NCBI GenBank assembly: GCA_900768535.1
Contig: CAAGDE010000071.1
Coordinates: forward strand, 1-62,695
Source: Clostridia bacterium
Lineage (GTDB): Bacteria > Bacillota > Clostridia > Oscillospirales > CAG-272
Direction of reading: 5' to 3'
Length of the DNA stretch: 62,695 nucleotides
How positions within the stretch are numbered: position 1 is the first letter of the stretch; each line of letters starts with the position of its first letter. The notes under the pieces are model-generated. The model was not told where the DNA came from. It saw nothing but the letters and a program-made list of their open reading frames with translations, and did not search any database. A program made the position numbers and the translations under genes. Shown here piece after piece: positions 18,774 through 27,170 of the stretch.

Positions 18774-19000
18774 AAGACCTTGGGACGCTGTCCCAAACCC
18801 TGCTCAGAACCCTCTTTCGGAGAGGGTTCTGAGAACTCCCAGAACTTACCTGAGAAGGGCGTCCCCCCTTCCTGTGGCGCATAAAGTTACATCGGTGCGA
18901 AGGAAGGGGGGACGCCCTTCTCAGGCGAGTTCTTGGAATTCTTAAAACCTTCTCCGAAAGAAGGTTTTAAGCGGGGTTTGGGGCAGCGCCCCAAGGTCTT
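18774..19000. repeat. Palindromic multi-hairpin element, family B (copy 1)
   Basis: Outer arms AAGACCTTGGGACGCTGTCCCAAACCC (18774-18800) and GGGGTTTGGGGCAGCGCCCCAAGGTCTT (18973-19000) enclose three hairpins: 18803-18833, about 18832-18940, and 18941-18971. It lies between convergent genes. Confidence 0.85.
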
Positions 19001-19004
19001 CCCC

Positions 19005-20498
19005 TTATTTTTTCTTCACAAAATCCATCACGACCTGGCGCATTTCGGAGACCTCGCAGGTGCGGGTGAAGCGGACGGGGCGCTTGGCGAGACCGGCAAG
19101 GGGGTAGGGGATTTTGGACGCGGTGAGGTCTGCCAGCTGGTCGAGGGCTTCGAGGTCGGACTTTGCATCCTCGCCGGTGAGCGCACGGTAGACACTGCCG
19201 GCGAACTTGAACGGGCTTGCGGTGGAATCCACCACCGTGGGGCTGGTGTCCCCGGTTTCGGTGAGGTACTGCTCGGCGGCGTGAATGGCAACCGCCGTAT
19301 GCGGATCAGCCAGGTAATCGCCTTTTTTCCAGGTTTCCCGGATGGTTTCCATGGTATCCTCCTCACCGGTGTAGTATCCCACAAAGTGACGGCGGATCTC
19401 TCTGAGCGTTGCCGGATCGACCGTATAAGTGCCGGTCTCCTTGAGCTCCCGCATCCATGTTGCGGTTTTTTCGCTTCCGGCAATGAAGTAGAGCAGCCGC
19501 TCCAGGTTGCTGGAAATCAGGATATCCATCGAAGGGGAGACGGTCATGTGGAACGGGCGGTTGCGGTCGTAGACACCGGTGTTCAGGAACTCGGTCAGCA
19601 CGTTGTTGCTGTTGGAGGCGCAGATCAGGCGCTCAATCGGCAGACCCATCTGCTTGGCAATGAACGCCGCGAAGATATTTCCGAAGTTTCCGGTGGGCAC
19701 GCAGACGTTGAAGCGTGAGCCGGGCTTGATTCTGCCGGCGTTGATGAGGTCGCAGTAAGCCGAAACATAGTAAACGGTCTGCGGAACCAGCCTGCCCCAG
19801 TTGATGGAGTTGGCGCTGGAGAAAACCGTGCCGCGCACCTTGGCACGGGTGGTCATTTCGGGGCTGTTGAGGATCGATTTCACACCGTTCTGCGCGTCGT
19901 CAAAGTTTCCGTGAATGGCGCAGACCTCCAGATTGGCGCCCTGCTGGGTTGCCATTTGCAGCTTCTGCACACTGCTCACGCCGTCGGAGGGGTAGAAGAC
20001 CAGAATGCGCATCCGGTCCACATCGCGGTAACCCTCCAGCGCCGCCTTTCCCGTGTCGCCGGAGGTGGCGACCAGGATCAGTGCATCCCGCGTCTCACCG
20101 GTCTTGACCAGCGCGCGGGAGAGCAGGCGCGGCATGATCTGAAGCGCCATGTCCTTGAATGCGGCGGTCGGACCGTGCCACAGCTCCAGGATTTCCAGCG
20201 GGAACACGGAGCGGACACCGACCAGCGGTGCGGCACCGCCGGGGAAGATTTCCCTGCGGTAAGCAATGCGGCAGTCCTCCAGCAGTTCTTCGGGGGTATA
20301 GTCCGTGAGAAAGCGGGAGAGGATATCCGCGGCACGCTCCGGGTAGCTTTTGCGGCACAGCGCTTCGATTTCCGGAAGCGTCAGGGTCGGAATGCTCTCC
20401 GGCACGAACAGTCCGCCGTCCGCGGCAAGTCCCTCCTTGATGACCTCGGCGGAGGAACGGTTTGCCGGCTCGGTACTTCTTGTGCTTTTGTAAAACAT
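19005..20498 (-). CDS. thrC: Threonine synthase (long form)
   Basis: 497 aa. MFYKSTRS..GLAADGGLFVPE N-terminus and PLP lysine motif PTAAFKD. Confidence 0.9.
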   Translation of the reverse strand: MFYKSTRSTEPANRSSAEVIKEGLAADGGLFVPESIPTLTLPEIEALCRKSYPERAADILSRFLTDYTPEELLEDCRIAYRREIFPGGAAPLVGVRSVFPLEILELWHGPTAAFKDMALQIMPRLLSRALVKTGETRDALILVATSGDTGKAALEGYRDVDRMRILVFYPSDGVSSVQKLQMATQQGANLEVCAIHGNFDDAQNGVKSILNSPEMTTRAKVRGTVFSSANSINWGRLVPQTVYYVSAYCDLINAGRIKPGSRFNVCVPTGNFGNIFAAFIAKQMGLPIERLICASNSNNVLTEFLNTGVYDRNRPFHMTVSPSMDILISSNLERLLYFIAGSEKTATWMRELKETGTYTVDPATLREIRRHFVGYYTGEEDTMETIRETWKKGDYLADPHTAVAIHAAEQYLTETGDTSPTVVDSTASPFKFAGSVYRALTGEDAKSDLEALDQLADLTASKIPYPLAGLAKRPVRFTRTCEVSEMRQVVMDFVKKK

Positions 20499-20516
20499 AG
20501 TGGGCTCCTTTTGGGA

Positions 20517-21452
20517 TTAGTGTTGATCCAGTGCCGCGTGCAGAACGCGGTACGCGTTTTCGAAAAAGATGCTCCGGACCAGTGTTTCCGGGTAGTTGTG
20601 CCGCAGAAAGCACTCGGCAAGGTTCGGAAGCATGGACAGATCGTGCAGGTCGGCAGGCAGCTCCGCGCCGTCCATATCGCAGCCCAGCGCAAGGGCTTTC
20701 TCTGCACCGTGCGCCAGGAAATATTCCGCATGGCGGAGGACATCCGGGACGGTGGCAGGACGGTCGGCGGAAAGGAAGGCGGTGTACAGATTCAGTCCGA
20801 TCAGCCCCCCGCAATCAACGATTGCCCGGATCTGACCGTCCCGCAGATTGCGTGAGACCGGGCAGACGGCGTACGCATCGGAGTGCGACGCGATGACGGG
20901 GCGGCGGTATTCGGCGGCAAGGTCAAACATCTCCTCTGCCGATGCCTCCGATGCATGGGAGATGTCCGGGATCATGCCAAGCTCCAGTGCACGGCGCAGG
21001 GCAAGCTCGCCGAAATCGGTCAGTCCCGCCGTTGTGTCATGCGCACCGCCGATGCAGGTCTCTCCCTTCCACAGCGGCGTAAAGATCCGCACGCCCATAT
21101 CATACAGCTCGTCCACACGCTCCGGGTGATGATCCAGCACCCGCGCGTCTTCTATTCCGAGCAGGAGCGAGATCCCGTCCGCGCGTTCGGGGCAGACGGC
21201 GGTCAGTCCGACGGTGCCGCTTCTGACGGCAGGGTCGCTTTGCAGGTTGCGCACTGCTTCCTTCAGACGCAGCCAGCCGTCCGCATCGGACAGTCGGGGA
21301 TCGGTGAACAGCGCCATGACCTGGATGTATTGGGCAAAAGCGGATGCTTTTTTCAGCGACACGGCAAACCCGTTGTCGGTGATGGGCTGACCCTCTTCCA
21401 GCATCCGGAGCGCGGTGTCGCAATGCAGATCAAACAGTGACAGATTTTCCAT
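20517..21452 (-). CDS. Dipeptidase (peptidase M19-like, amidohydrolase fold)
   Basis: 311 aa. FDLHCDT N-terminal metal motif, SHSD and DMDG motifs. Confidence 0.65.
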   Translation of the reverse strand: MENLSLFDLHCDTALRMLEEGQPITDNGFAVSLKKASAFAQYIQVMALFTDPRLSDADGWLRLKEAVRNLQSDPAVRSGTVGLTAVCPERADGISLLLGIEDARVLDHHPERVDELYDMGVRIFTPLWKGETCIGGAHDTTAGLTDFGELALRRALELGMIPDISHASEASAEEMFDLAAEYRRPVIASHSDAYAVCPVSRNLRDGQIRAIVDCGGLIGLNLYTAFLSADRPATVPDVLRHAEYFLAHGAEKALALGCDMDGAELPADLHDLSMLPNLAECFLRHNYPETLVRSIFFENAYRVLHAALDQH

Positions 21453-21462
21453 AATCGATTCC

Positions 21463-21852
21463 TCAATATGCGCCCGTCAGGTGGTGAATGTTACGCACAC
21501 GCGGGCGCTTTCCGTTCTCTGCGGGGGCAAGCGATACCTCGATGACATCCATCCGCGGCTTGCGTCCGGACGGGTGTTCTCTTTGATACCGCATTGCCGC
21601 CGCGCGGGTAAAATGCTGCTTTTCCCGATCCACCGCGCGGCGCGGCGGGGGAAGGGTTTCGTATTCCGCATCGGTGTAGGTTCGGGTTTTGACCTCCACA
21701 AAGGCGATGACGCCGAAGCGGGCGGCGATGATGTCGATCTCCTTTTTGTCGGCGTGCCAGTTGCGCGCCAGGATGCGGTAGAAGCGCCGCCGCAGATACC
21801 GCGCGGCTACTGTTTCACCGTAGTCGCCGGTGCGCTGTTTATCGGTCCGCAT
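21463..21852 (-). CDS. yraN: YraN family (UPF0102) endonuclease-like protein
   Basis: ORF 21463-21954. ATG at 21852 overlaps the rnhB stop. GETVAARYL..ILARNW....EIDIIA....AFVEVKTR pattern. Confidence 0.8.
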   Translation of the reverse strand: MRTDKQRTGDYGETVAARYLRRRFYRILARNWHADKKEIDIIAARFGVIAFVEVKTRTYTDAEYETLPPPRRAVDREKQHFTRAAAMRYQREHPSGRKPRMDVIEVSLAPAENGKRPRVRNIHHLTGAY

Positions 21853-22450
21853 CGTCCAGAAACCGGATGAATTTCTTCCGGTGGATGGGGGAGGGACCGT
21901 ACTGCCGCAGGGCGTCCATGTGCGCTTTGGTTCCGTACCCCTTGTGCTTGGCAATTCCGTACTGCGGGTAGAGCCGGTCCAGCTCCTCGCATTCGCGGTC
22001 TCTTGTCACCTTTGCCAGGATCGATGCGGCGGCGATGGAGGGAGAGATGGCATCGCCGTGAATCACAGCCCGTGCGGGAATTGAAAAGTCCCGTGCAATG
22101 TTTCCGTCAATGAGCGCATAGTCCGCCGGAACCTGCAGTCCGGCAATGGCGCGGCGCATGGCAAGCAGATCCGCCTCCAGAATGTTCAATTCGTCAATTT
22201 CCTCCACGCTTGCCTCGGCAACGGAATAAGCGACCGCCACACGCCGGATCTCGTCAAACAGCGCGTCCCGCTTCTTCGGGGTCAGCTTTTTGGAGTCGTT
22301 CAGTCCCTGCGGAACCACCCCGTCCGGCAGGATGCACGCCGCCGCCACGACCGGTCCGCAAAGGGGACCTCTTCCGGCTTCGTCCACGCCGCAAACGGCG
22401 GAAAATCCCGCCCGCCGCAGTTCCTCTTCAATCGTCTGCTCCAACGGCAT
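21839..22450 (-). CDS. rnhB: Ribonuclease HII
   Basis: 203 aa. [17 protein letters not shown] and DSKKLT motifs. Confidence 0.9.
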   Translation of the reverse strand: MPLEQTIEEELRRAGFSAVCGVDEAGRGPLCGPVVAAACILPDGVVPQGLNDSKKLTPKKRDALFDEIRRVAVAYSVAEASVEEIDELNILEADLLAMRRAIAGLQVPADYALIDGNIARDFSIPARAVIHGDAISPSIAAASILAKVTRDRECEELDRLYPQYGIAKHKGYGTKAHMDALRQYGPSPIHRKKFIRFLDDADR

Positions 22451-23333
22451 TTCGCGGTGTCTCCTTTCCCGGCTTTTCGATGCGATCCAGTGTCAGACAG
22501 CCGATCTTTGCCCCGCGGAATTCGTCCAGCAGAATGCCCGCCGTGCGTTCGGTGTTGACTTCTCCCCCGGAAATCAGACAGCCGCGCTTCCGCCCGACCG
22601 CCAGAAACAGTTCATAGTCCGTCATCTCCGCCGGGATTTCCGGCAGCTTGTAGCGTGCGCAGAACAGCTCCGGATAGAGGATCCGCATCCGGCGGCAGAG
22701 CAGAACGCCCAGCGCCTCGGTGTCCAGAATATCGTCCTTGATTGCACCCGTGAGCGCCAGGTTTTCGCCCACGCGCTTTTCCTCGAATTTCGGCCACAGG
22801 ATGCCCGGCATATCCAACAGATCCAAGCCGATTGCGGTTGTGACCCACTGCTTGTCACGCGTGACGCCGGGGCGATCCTCGACCCGTGCCTTCTTATTCC
22901 CGCACAGGCGGTTGATGAGCGACGATTTGCCCACGTTCGGAATCCCCACCACCATGGCGCGCAGGTGCTTGCCGGTCATCCCCTTGGCTTCCCAGCGTGC
23001 GAGCTTTTCCGCCAGCAGCTCCCGCACGGCAGGCATGATGCGGTTGAGTCCCGCACCTCCCACGCAGTCGGTCAGAATACAGCGGGTGTTTTCTCCGGTC
23101 AGGTGATTCTGCCAGAGTCGGTTCTGCGCCGGGTCGGCGACCGATGCCTTGTTCAGCAGGAGCAGGCGCGGCTTACCGCCGCACAGCTTTGCGATTTCCG
23201 GATTTGCCGAGCTGTAGGGAATTCTTGCATCCCGCAGCTCCAGCACGAGATCCACGTTTTTGAGGTTGTCCGCGATCAGCCGGCGGGTTTTCGCCATGTG
23301 ACCGGGGAACCACTGTATATTTTCCGATGGCAT
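22428..23333 (-). CDS. rbgA: Ribosome biogenesis GTPase YlqF/RbgA
   Basis: 301 aa. WFPGHMAKT, circularly permuted GTPase motifs LNKASV and GIPNVGKSS. Confidence 0.9.
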   Translation of the reverse strand: MPSENIQWFPGHMAKTRRLIADNLKNVDLVLELRDARIPYSSANPEIAKLCGGKPRLLLLNKASVADPAQNRLWQNHLTGENTRCILTDCVGGAGLNRIMPAVRELLAEKLARWEAKGMTGKHLRAMVVGIPNVGKSSLINRLCGNKKARVEDRPGVTRDKQWVTTAIGLDLLDMPGILWPKFEEKRVGENLALTGAIKDDILDTEALGVLLCRRMRILYPELFCARYKLPEIPAEMTDYELFLAVGRKRGCLISGGEVNTERTAGILLDEFRGAKIGCLTLDRIEKPGKETPRNAVGADD

Positions 23334-23341
23334 ACGTCACC

Positions 23342-23989
23342 TCAGTTGAATACGGTGAAGGGGGAGAGCCGCAGAACAACCTTTCCCAGCACACAGCGTT
23401 CGTCCACAAAGCCCACATCGGCGTTGCGGCTGTCCTTGGAATTGTTGCGGTTATCGCCCATGACAAAGAGCATTCCCTCCGGGACGGTTGCCCGGAAAAC
23501 ACCGGTGGTACGGTCATAACCGTAGTGGAACAGCCCGGTGTCGTAATGCCCGACGGCTTCCCCGGTGGCGGCGCTTTTGAGGATCGAGTGAGGATCGGGG
23601 GATTCCGTGCCGTCCACGGTGACAACGCCGGTTTTGGTGTTGATTTCCACGGTCTGCCCACCGGTTGCGATGACTCGCTTGACCAGCGTTTTCTCCAGGT
23701 TCACCTCCGGCTTGGTCAGGTGGAAAACGATGATGTCATCCTGCTTCGGCGTGTAGAACGCGCTCCGCAGCAGGAGCCGCTGGGAATCCTGCAGGGTGTT
23801 TTCCATCGACCGTCCGTCCACCTGGCAGAGCCGGAAGCCGAAGGTGAAAATCAGGAGCACCGCAAATACCGACCACGTAAACATCTCCACGTAGTCAAAC
23901 AGCACGGCGGCAACGGTTTTCTTTTTTTTCTGTTCCGGCACCGGCGCGCCGTCCGGCACCTCCGGGATGATCTGTTTTTCGTCATTCAT
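23342..23989 (-). CDS. lepB: Signal peptidase I
   Basis: 215 aa. N-terminal TM, GRSMENTL (catalytic Ser box) and GDNRNNSKDSR box. Confidence 0.9.
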   Translation of the reverse strand: MNDEKQIIPEVPDGAPVPEQKKKKTVAAVLFDYVEMFTWSVFAVLLIFTFGFRLCQVDGRSMENTLQDSQRLLLRSAFYTPKQDDIIVFHLTKPEVNLEKTLVKRVIATGGQTVEINTKTGVVTVDGTESPDPHSILKSAATGEAVGHYDTGLFHYGYDRTTGVFRATVPEGMLFVMGDNRNNSKDSRNADVGFVDERCVLGKVVLRLSPFTVFN

Positions 23990-25223
23990 TCGTGTTCACC
24001 TCACTGTCGGGATTCAGGAGCAGCTCCATCAGATGATATCCGAAGGGCAGGTAGAAGTGCTTTGCCGCGGCGGTGTCCTCCGTGAAGGCTGCCACTCCGT
24101 CCCGCGTTTTTGCGGAGTCCCAGATGAAAAAGGGAACCGGCTGGATGGTATGCGTGCGCAGACGGACCGGAGTGGGATGATCGGGCAGAACCATGACCCG
24201 GAAGTCCTCTCCTGCGGATTTCAGATAGTCAAAGACCGGGCGCAGGATTTCCCTGTCGATTTTTTCGATCGAAAGCACCTTGTTTTCGGTCTCGGCTCTG
24301 TGACCGCATTCGTCCGGTGCTTCCACGTGGACGTAAACGTAGTCATAGCCGTCCCGGAAGGCGCCGATGGCAGCCTCCGCTTTGCCGCGGTAGTTCGTGT
24401 GGACGTTTCCGGTCGCACCCTCCACGTCAATCGATTTCATCCCCGCGCACAGACCGATGCCCTTGATGAGGTCAACGGCGGAAATGACCGCCCCGCGCAG
24501 ACCCCACTGTGCATTGAAGTCGGGGAGCGCCGGCTTCTTTCCGGGGCTCCAGAGCCATGCGGAGTTCGCCGGCTTCAGTCCGCGCGCACGCCGGGCTTCG
24601 TTGACCGGGTGGTGGTTGAGGATGTCAAAGCTCTCGCGCATCAGATCGTAAAATTCCCCGCCTCCGTCCTCCCTTCGCGGAAGATAGTCGCCGATGCGCT
24701 GTCCCAGGATGTCGTGCGGGCGCGCAAAGGGGTAGGTGTCGTTTCCGTTCTTTCGGATCATGCAGTGACGGTAGCTGATGCCGGGGCAGAATCTGCGGAC
24801 ATCGTTTCCGAGCGCTTCCTCCAGTGCGGCAATCAGCTCTGCCGCCTCCGGGGTGGAAATTTCATCGGCGCTGTGGTCGAGGATGATCTTGTCATCGTAA
24901 TCCTCGCCGTCATCGGACAGCGTGACCACGTTGCAGCGGTATGCGGTTTCGTCCGGCTGCAGCTCAATGCCCATGCTGACCGCCTCCAGGGGGGAACGTC
25001 CCTTGGAATAAATGCGCGGGTTGAAGGAAAGAATCGCCATATTCGCTGTGTCGCTCTCCGGAACCATTCCCTGCGGAACATTGGAAACGGTGCCGACCAG
25101 CGCGTCCTTTGCCAGCGTGTCCATCATGGGCTTTTCCGCCGCCTCCATCGGTGTTTTGTTCCCGAGGGCGGGAATTTTTTCATCCGCCATTCCGTCCGGA
25201 ATGAGTACAAAATATTTCATCAT
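23982..25223 (-). CDS. Cofactor-independent phosphoglycerate mutase family protein (ApgM-like, possibly the proposed homoserine kinase subgroup)
   Basis: ORF 23982-25250. ACGGAGAGCCCG precedes the ATGATG at 25223. MKYFVLIPDGMADE...GNKTPMEAA..PMMDTLA N-terminus typical of the family. Confidence 0.8.
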   Translation of the reverse strand: MMKYFVLIPDGMADEKIPALGNKTPMEAAEKPMMDTLAKDALVGTVSNVPQGMVPESDTANMAILSFNPRIYSKGRSPLEAVSMGIELQPDETAYRCNVVTLSDDGEDYDDKIILDHSADEISTPEAAELIAALEEALGNDVRRFCPGISYRHCMIRKNGNDTYPFARPHDILGQRIGDYLPRREDGGGEFYDLMRESFDILNHHPVNEARRARGLKPANSAWLWSPGKKPALPDFNAQWGLRGAVISAVDLIKGIGLCAGMKSIDVEGATGNVHTNYRGKAEAAIGAFRDGYDYVYVHVEAPDECGHRAETENKVLSIEKIDREILRPVFDYLKSAGEDFRVMVLPDHPTPVRLRTHTIQPVPFFIWDSAKTRDGVAAFTEDTAAAKHFYLPFGYHLMELLLNPDSEVNTNE

Positions 25224-25350
25224 CGGGCTCTCCGTTGAAAAGAAATTCATATCTTACATATTATAACATATCCGGGAAGGGAGTACAAGAATATTTTTGT
25301 GCTATTTTTGAAAGTTTTTATGAAAATTGAAGGGGAAAAAGGGAAAAAGG

Positions 25351-25379
25351 TTGACAGGTCGGAAAAAATCGTGTATAAT
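25351..25379 (+). promoter_or_regulatory. Consensus sigma-A promoter for the GNAT gene
   Basis: TTGACA (25351-25356), 17-nt spacer, TATAAT (25374-25379). Confidence 0.7.
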
Positions 25380-25412
25380 GTCGGTAATCAAGGTGTGAGG
25401 GGAGATGGAGGT

Positions 25413-25967
25413 ATGATCTATCCGGCACGTCCGGTGGTTCTGAAGAACGGAAAAAGCATCCTGTTCCGGGAGGTCCGGGAGGAGGATGCCGCAAAAATGC
25501 TTGCCTGTCTTGGTCGGATGTGCGCCGAGACCGACTACCTGTCGCAGACTGCGGCAGAAGCCGGGCGGATGACGCCGGAGGAGGAGCGGGCATATCTGAG
25601 AAACTGCATTGCGTCCCCCGACCGCGTGATGATTGTTGCCGAGGCAGACGGTGCCATTGCCGGCAACTGCCAGGTGCAGTTTCTGAACCGTGAGCGAACC
25701 CGGCACCGCGCGGTGTTCATGATCGGACTGCTCTCCGACTACTGGGGGCAGGGGATCGGCAGTGCGATGTTTGGTGAGATGGAGCGGCTGGCACGGGCAC
25801 GCGGCGGCATCCGACAGCTGGAGCTGGAGGTGGCGGAGGACAACCTGCGCGCGCAGGGACTCTACCGGAAAATGGGCTTTTCGGAGGTTGCAAGACTCCC
25901 GGATGCCCTGCGGCGGCAGGACGGAACCTACCGGGCAATTGTGTATATGCGGAAGGTGCTGGAATGA
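25413..25967 (+). CDS. GNAT family N-acetyltransferase
   Basis: ORF 25299-25967. GGAGATGGAGGT precedes the ATG at 25413. Acetyl-CoA motif WGQGIGSAMFGEMERLARARG. Confidence 0.85.
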   Translation: MIYPARPVVLKNGKSILFREVREEDAAKMLACLGRMCAETDYLSQTAAEAGRMTPEEERAYLRNCIASPDRVMIVAEADGAIAGNCQVQFLNRERTRHRAVFMIGLLSDYWGQGIGSAMFGEMERLARARGGIRQLELEVAEDNLRAQGLYRKMGFSEVARLPDALRRQDGTYRAIVYMRKVLE

Positions 25968-26563
25968 AAGAGAAAAACAAAGCTTCCCGGCGCCGCCTGC
26001 GCGCGGCACTCCTTGCCGTCGGCATCACGGCTGTGCTGGCAATCCTGACGGTGGTTCTGCTGGCGTTTCTGCTTCCGGACGATCAGCCGTCCCCCGGACC
26101 GACCCCGGCGCCTGTCACCTTTTACCCGGTCTATGACGGAAATGTCCGGGAAAACGTGCTTTATCTCGGTCTTGACCGGCAGTACTATCTCTGCGAGCCG
26201 GAGCACGGCGTCAAGGAGGCGCTGGACGAAAGCCGGTTTTCCGCCGACCCGGAGCTGAGCCTTTTGCGGGACTATATCGAAAGCCTGATCGACGGCTATC
26301 CGAGCGCCTGCCGGTCCCTGTTCACCGCATCGGCTCTGGCGCAAAGTCCGATCCCGGATTTCTCCCAGCAGATGATCTACCGTGTGGAGATCACCGAAGT
26401 GGGGACGGAAGCCGGACGCACGACCTATCGCCTGGAGTATATGATCTACCGCAACAACGGCACCTACCGCCGCGATGTGGGCAGTGACGCCGTGCGCCCT
26501 GAATACCTGACGCTGATCAAAGTCGGCGAGGACACCTGCCGGATTGACGGAATCAGGCGGTAA
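25964..26563 (+). CDS. Hypothetical membrane-anchored protein
   Basis: 199 aa. ATGA overlap with the GNAT gene. Basic N-terminus then TM LLAVGITAVLAILTVVLLAFLL. No recognised motif. Confidence 0.6.
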   Translation: MKEKNKASRRRLRAALLAVGITAVLAILTVVLLAFLLPDDQPSPGPTPAPVTFYPVYDGNVRENVLYLGLDRQYYLCEPEHGVKEALDESRFSADPELSLLRDYIESLIDGYPSACRSLFTASALAQSPIPDFSQQMIYRVEITEVGTEAGRTTYRLEYMIYRNNGTYRRDVGSDAVRPEYLTLIKVGEDTCRIDGIRR

Positions 26564-26591
26564 AAATGCTGGAAATTGCGCAAAATCAGTA

Positions 26592-26650
26592 GAAAAAGAC
26601 CGGAATATGTAGAATGAGAACTGTTCTTGTTCTATATATCGGTCTTTTTC
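26592..26650 (+). terminator. Long hairpin terminator
   Basis: GAAAAAGACCG (26592-26602) pairs with CGGTCTTTTTC (26640-26650), with an inner hairpin. Confidence 0.6.
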
Positions 26651-26692
26651 ATTGCGTTTTTGTGTCATGCGGCGCAGAGTAATCCGTTCAAA

Positions 26693-27070
26693 CAAGAGAG
26701 ATCCCGCCTGCTGGCGCCCCGCCGGGGGGGGCGGGGTTCGCTGTGCGGCAATGATTGGTTGGAATGCTTGATTTTTGATATCGGTGCCGCTTCTCTCAGG
26801 ATGACACGAAGGTAGCCGGGGCGTGGAACAAAGCATTTCATGACGGATCAGTTAGTCGGTTAAGGAACCACCGCGCAATTCCGATGGTGCCTTAAATTGC
26901 CTATCTGCCGTAAGGGCATACAGACATAAAGTCTCCGATCACATCCCGGCGTCCCACTGTGTCATCCTGAGCGAAGCGGCACCGCTTTTTCAATTGTGTG
27001 TGACAGCAAAATATTGCCGCACAGCGAACCCCGCCCTCCGGCGGGGCGCCAGCAGGAGGGATCTCTCTTG
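26693..27070. repeat. Nested inverted-repeat element, family C (MITE/inverton-like)
   Basis: Outer arms 26693-26752 and 27013-27070 are ~58 nt and near-perfect complements. Inner arms CGGTGCCGCTTCTCTCAGGATGACAC (26782-26807) and GTGTCATCCTGAGCGAAGCGGCACCG (26959-26984). AT-richer core of ~150 nt. Confidence 0.8.
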
Positions 27071-27170
27071 CTGTGAGATGTCTGTCAATACCACCCGCGC
27101 CTGTGCGACTCCGGTTCTTTTTCGGGGCGCTGCCGCATAGAATGGAACATCCATTGACGGAAAGGCGGTA

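Noticed and set aside
17756-18796. 346-aa version of the metallophosphoesterase ORF extending upstream to 18796
   Set aside because: The extension is antisense to the DUF1540 gene and runs into the family B repeat (GQRPKVF pseudo-peptide). The conserved MSLYVMADLHLS start at 18490 has a proper RBS.
22290-23519. 409-aa plus-strand ORF across rnhB/ylqF/lepB, and 23967-25238 across the apgM-like gene
   Set aside because: Antisense to four well-supported genes, with low-complexity sequence.
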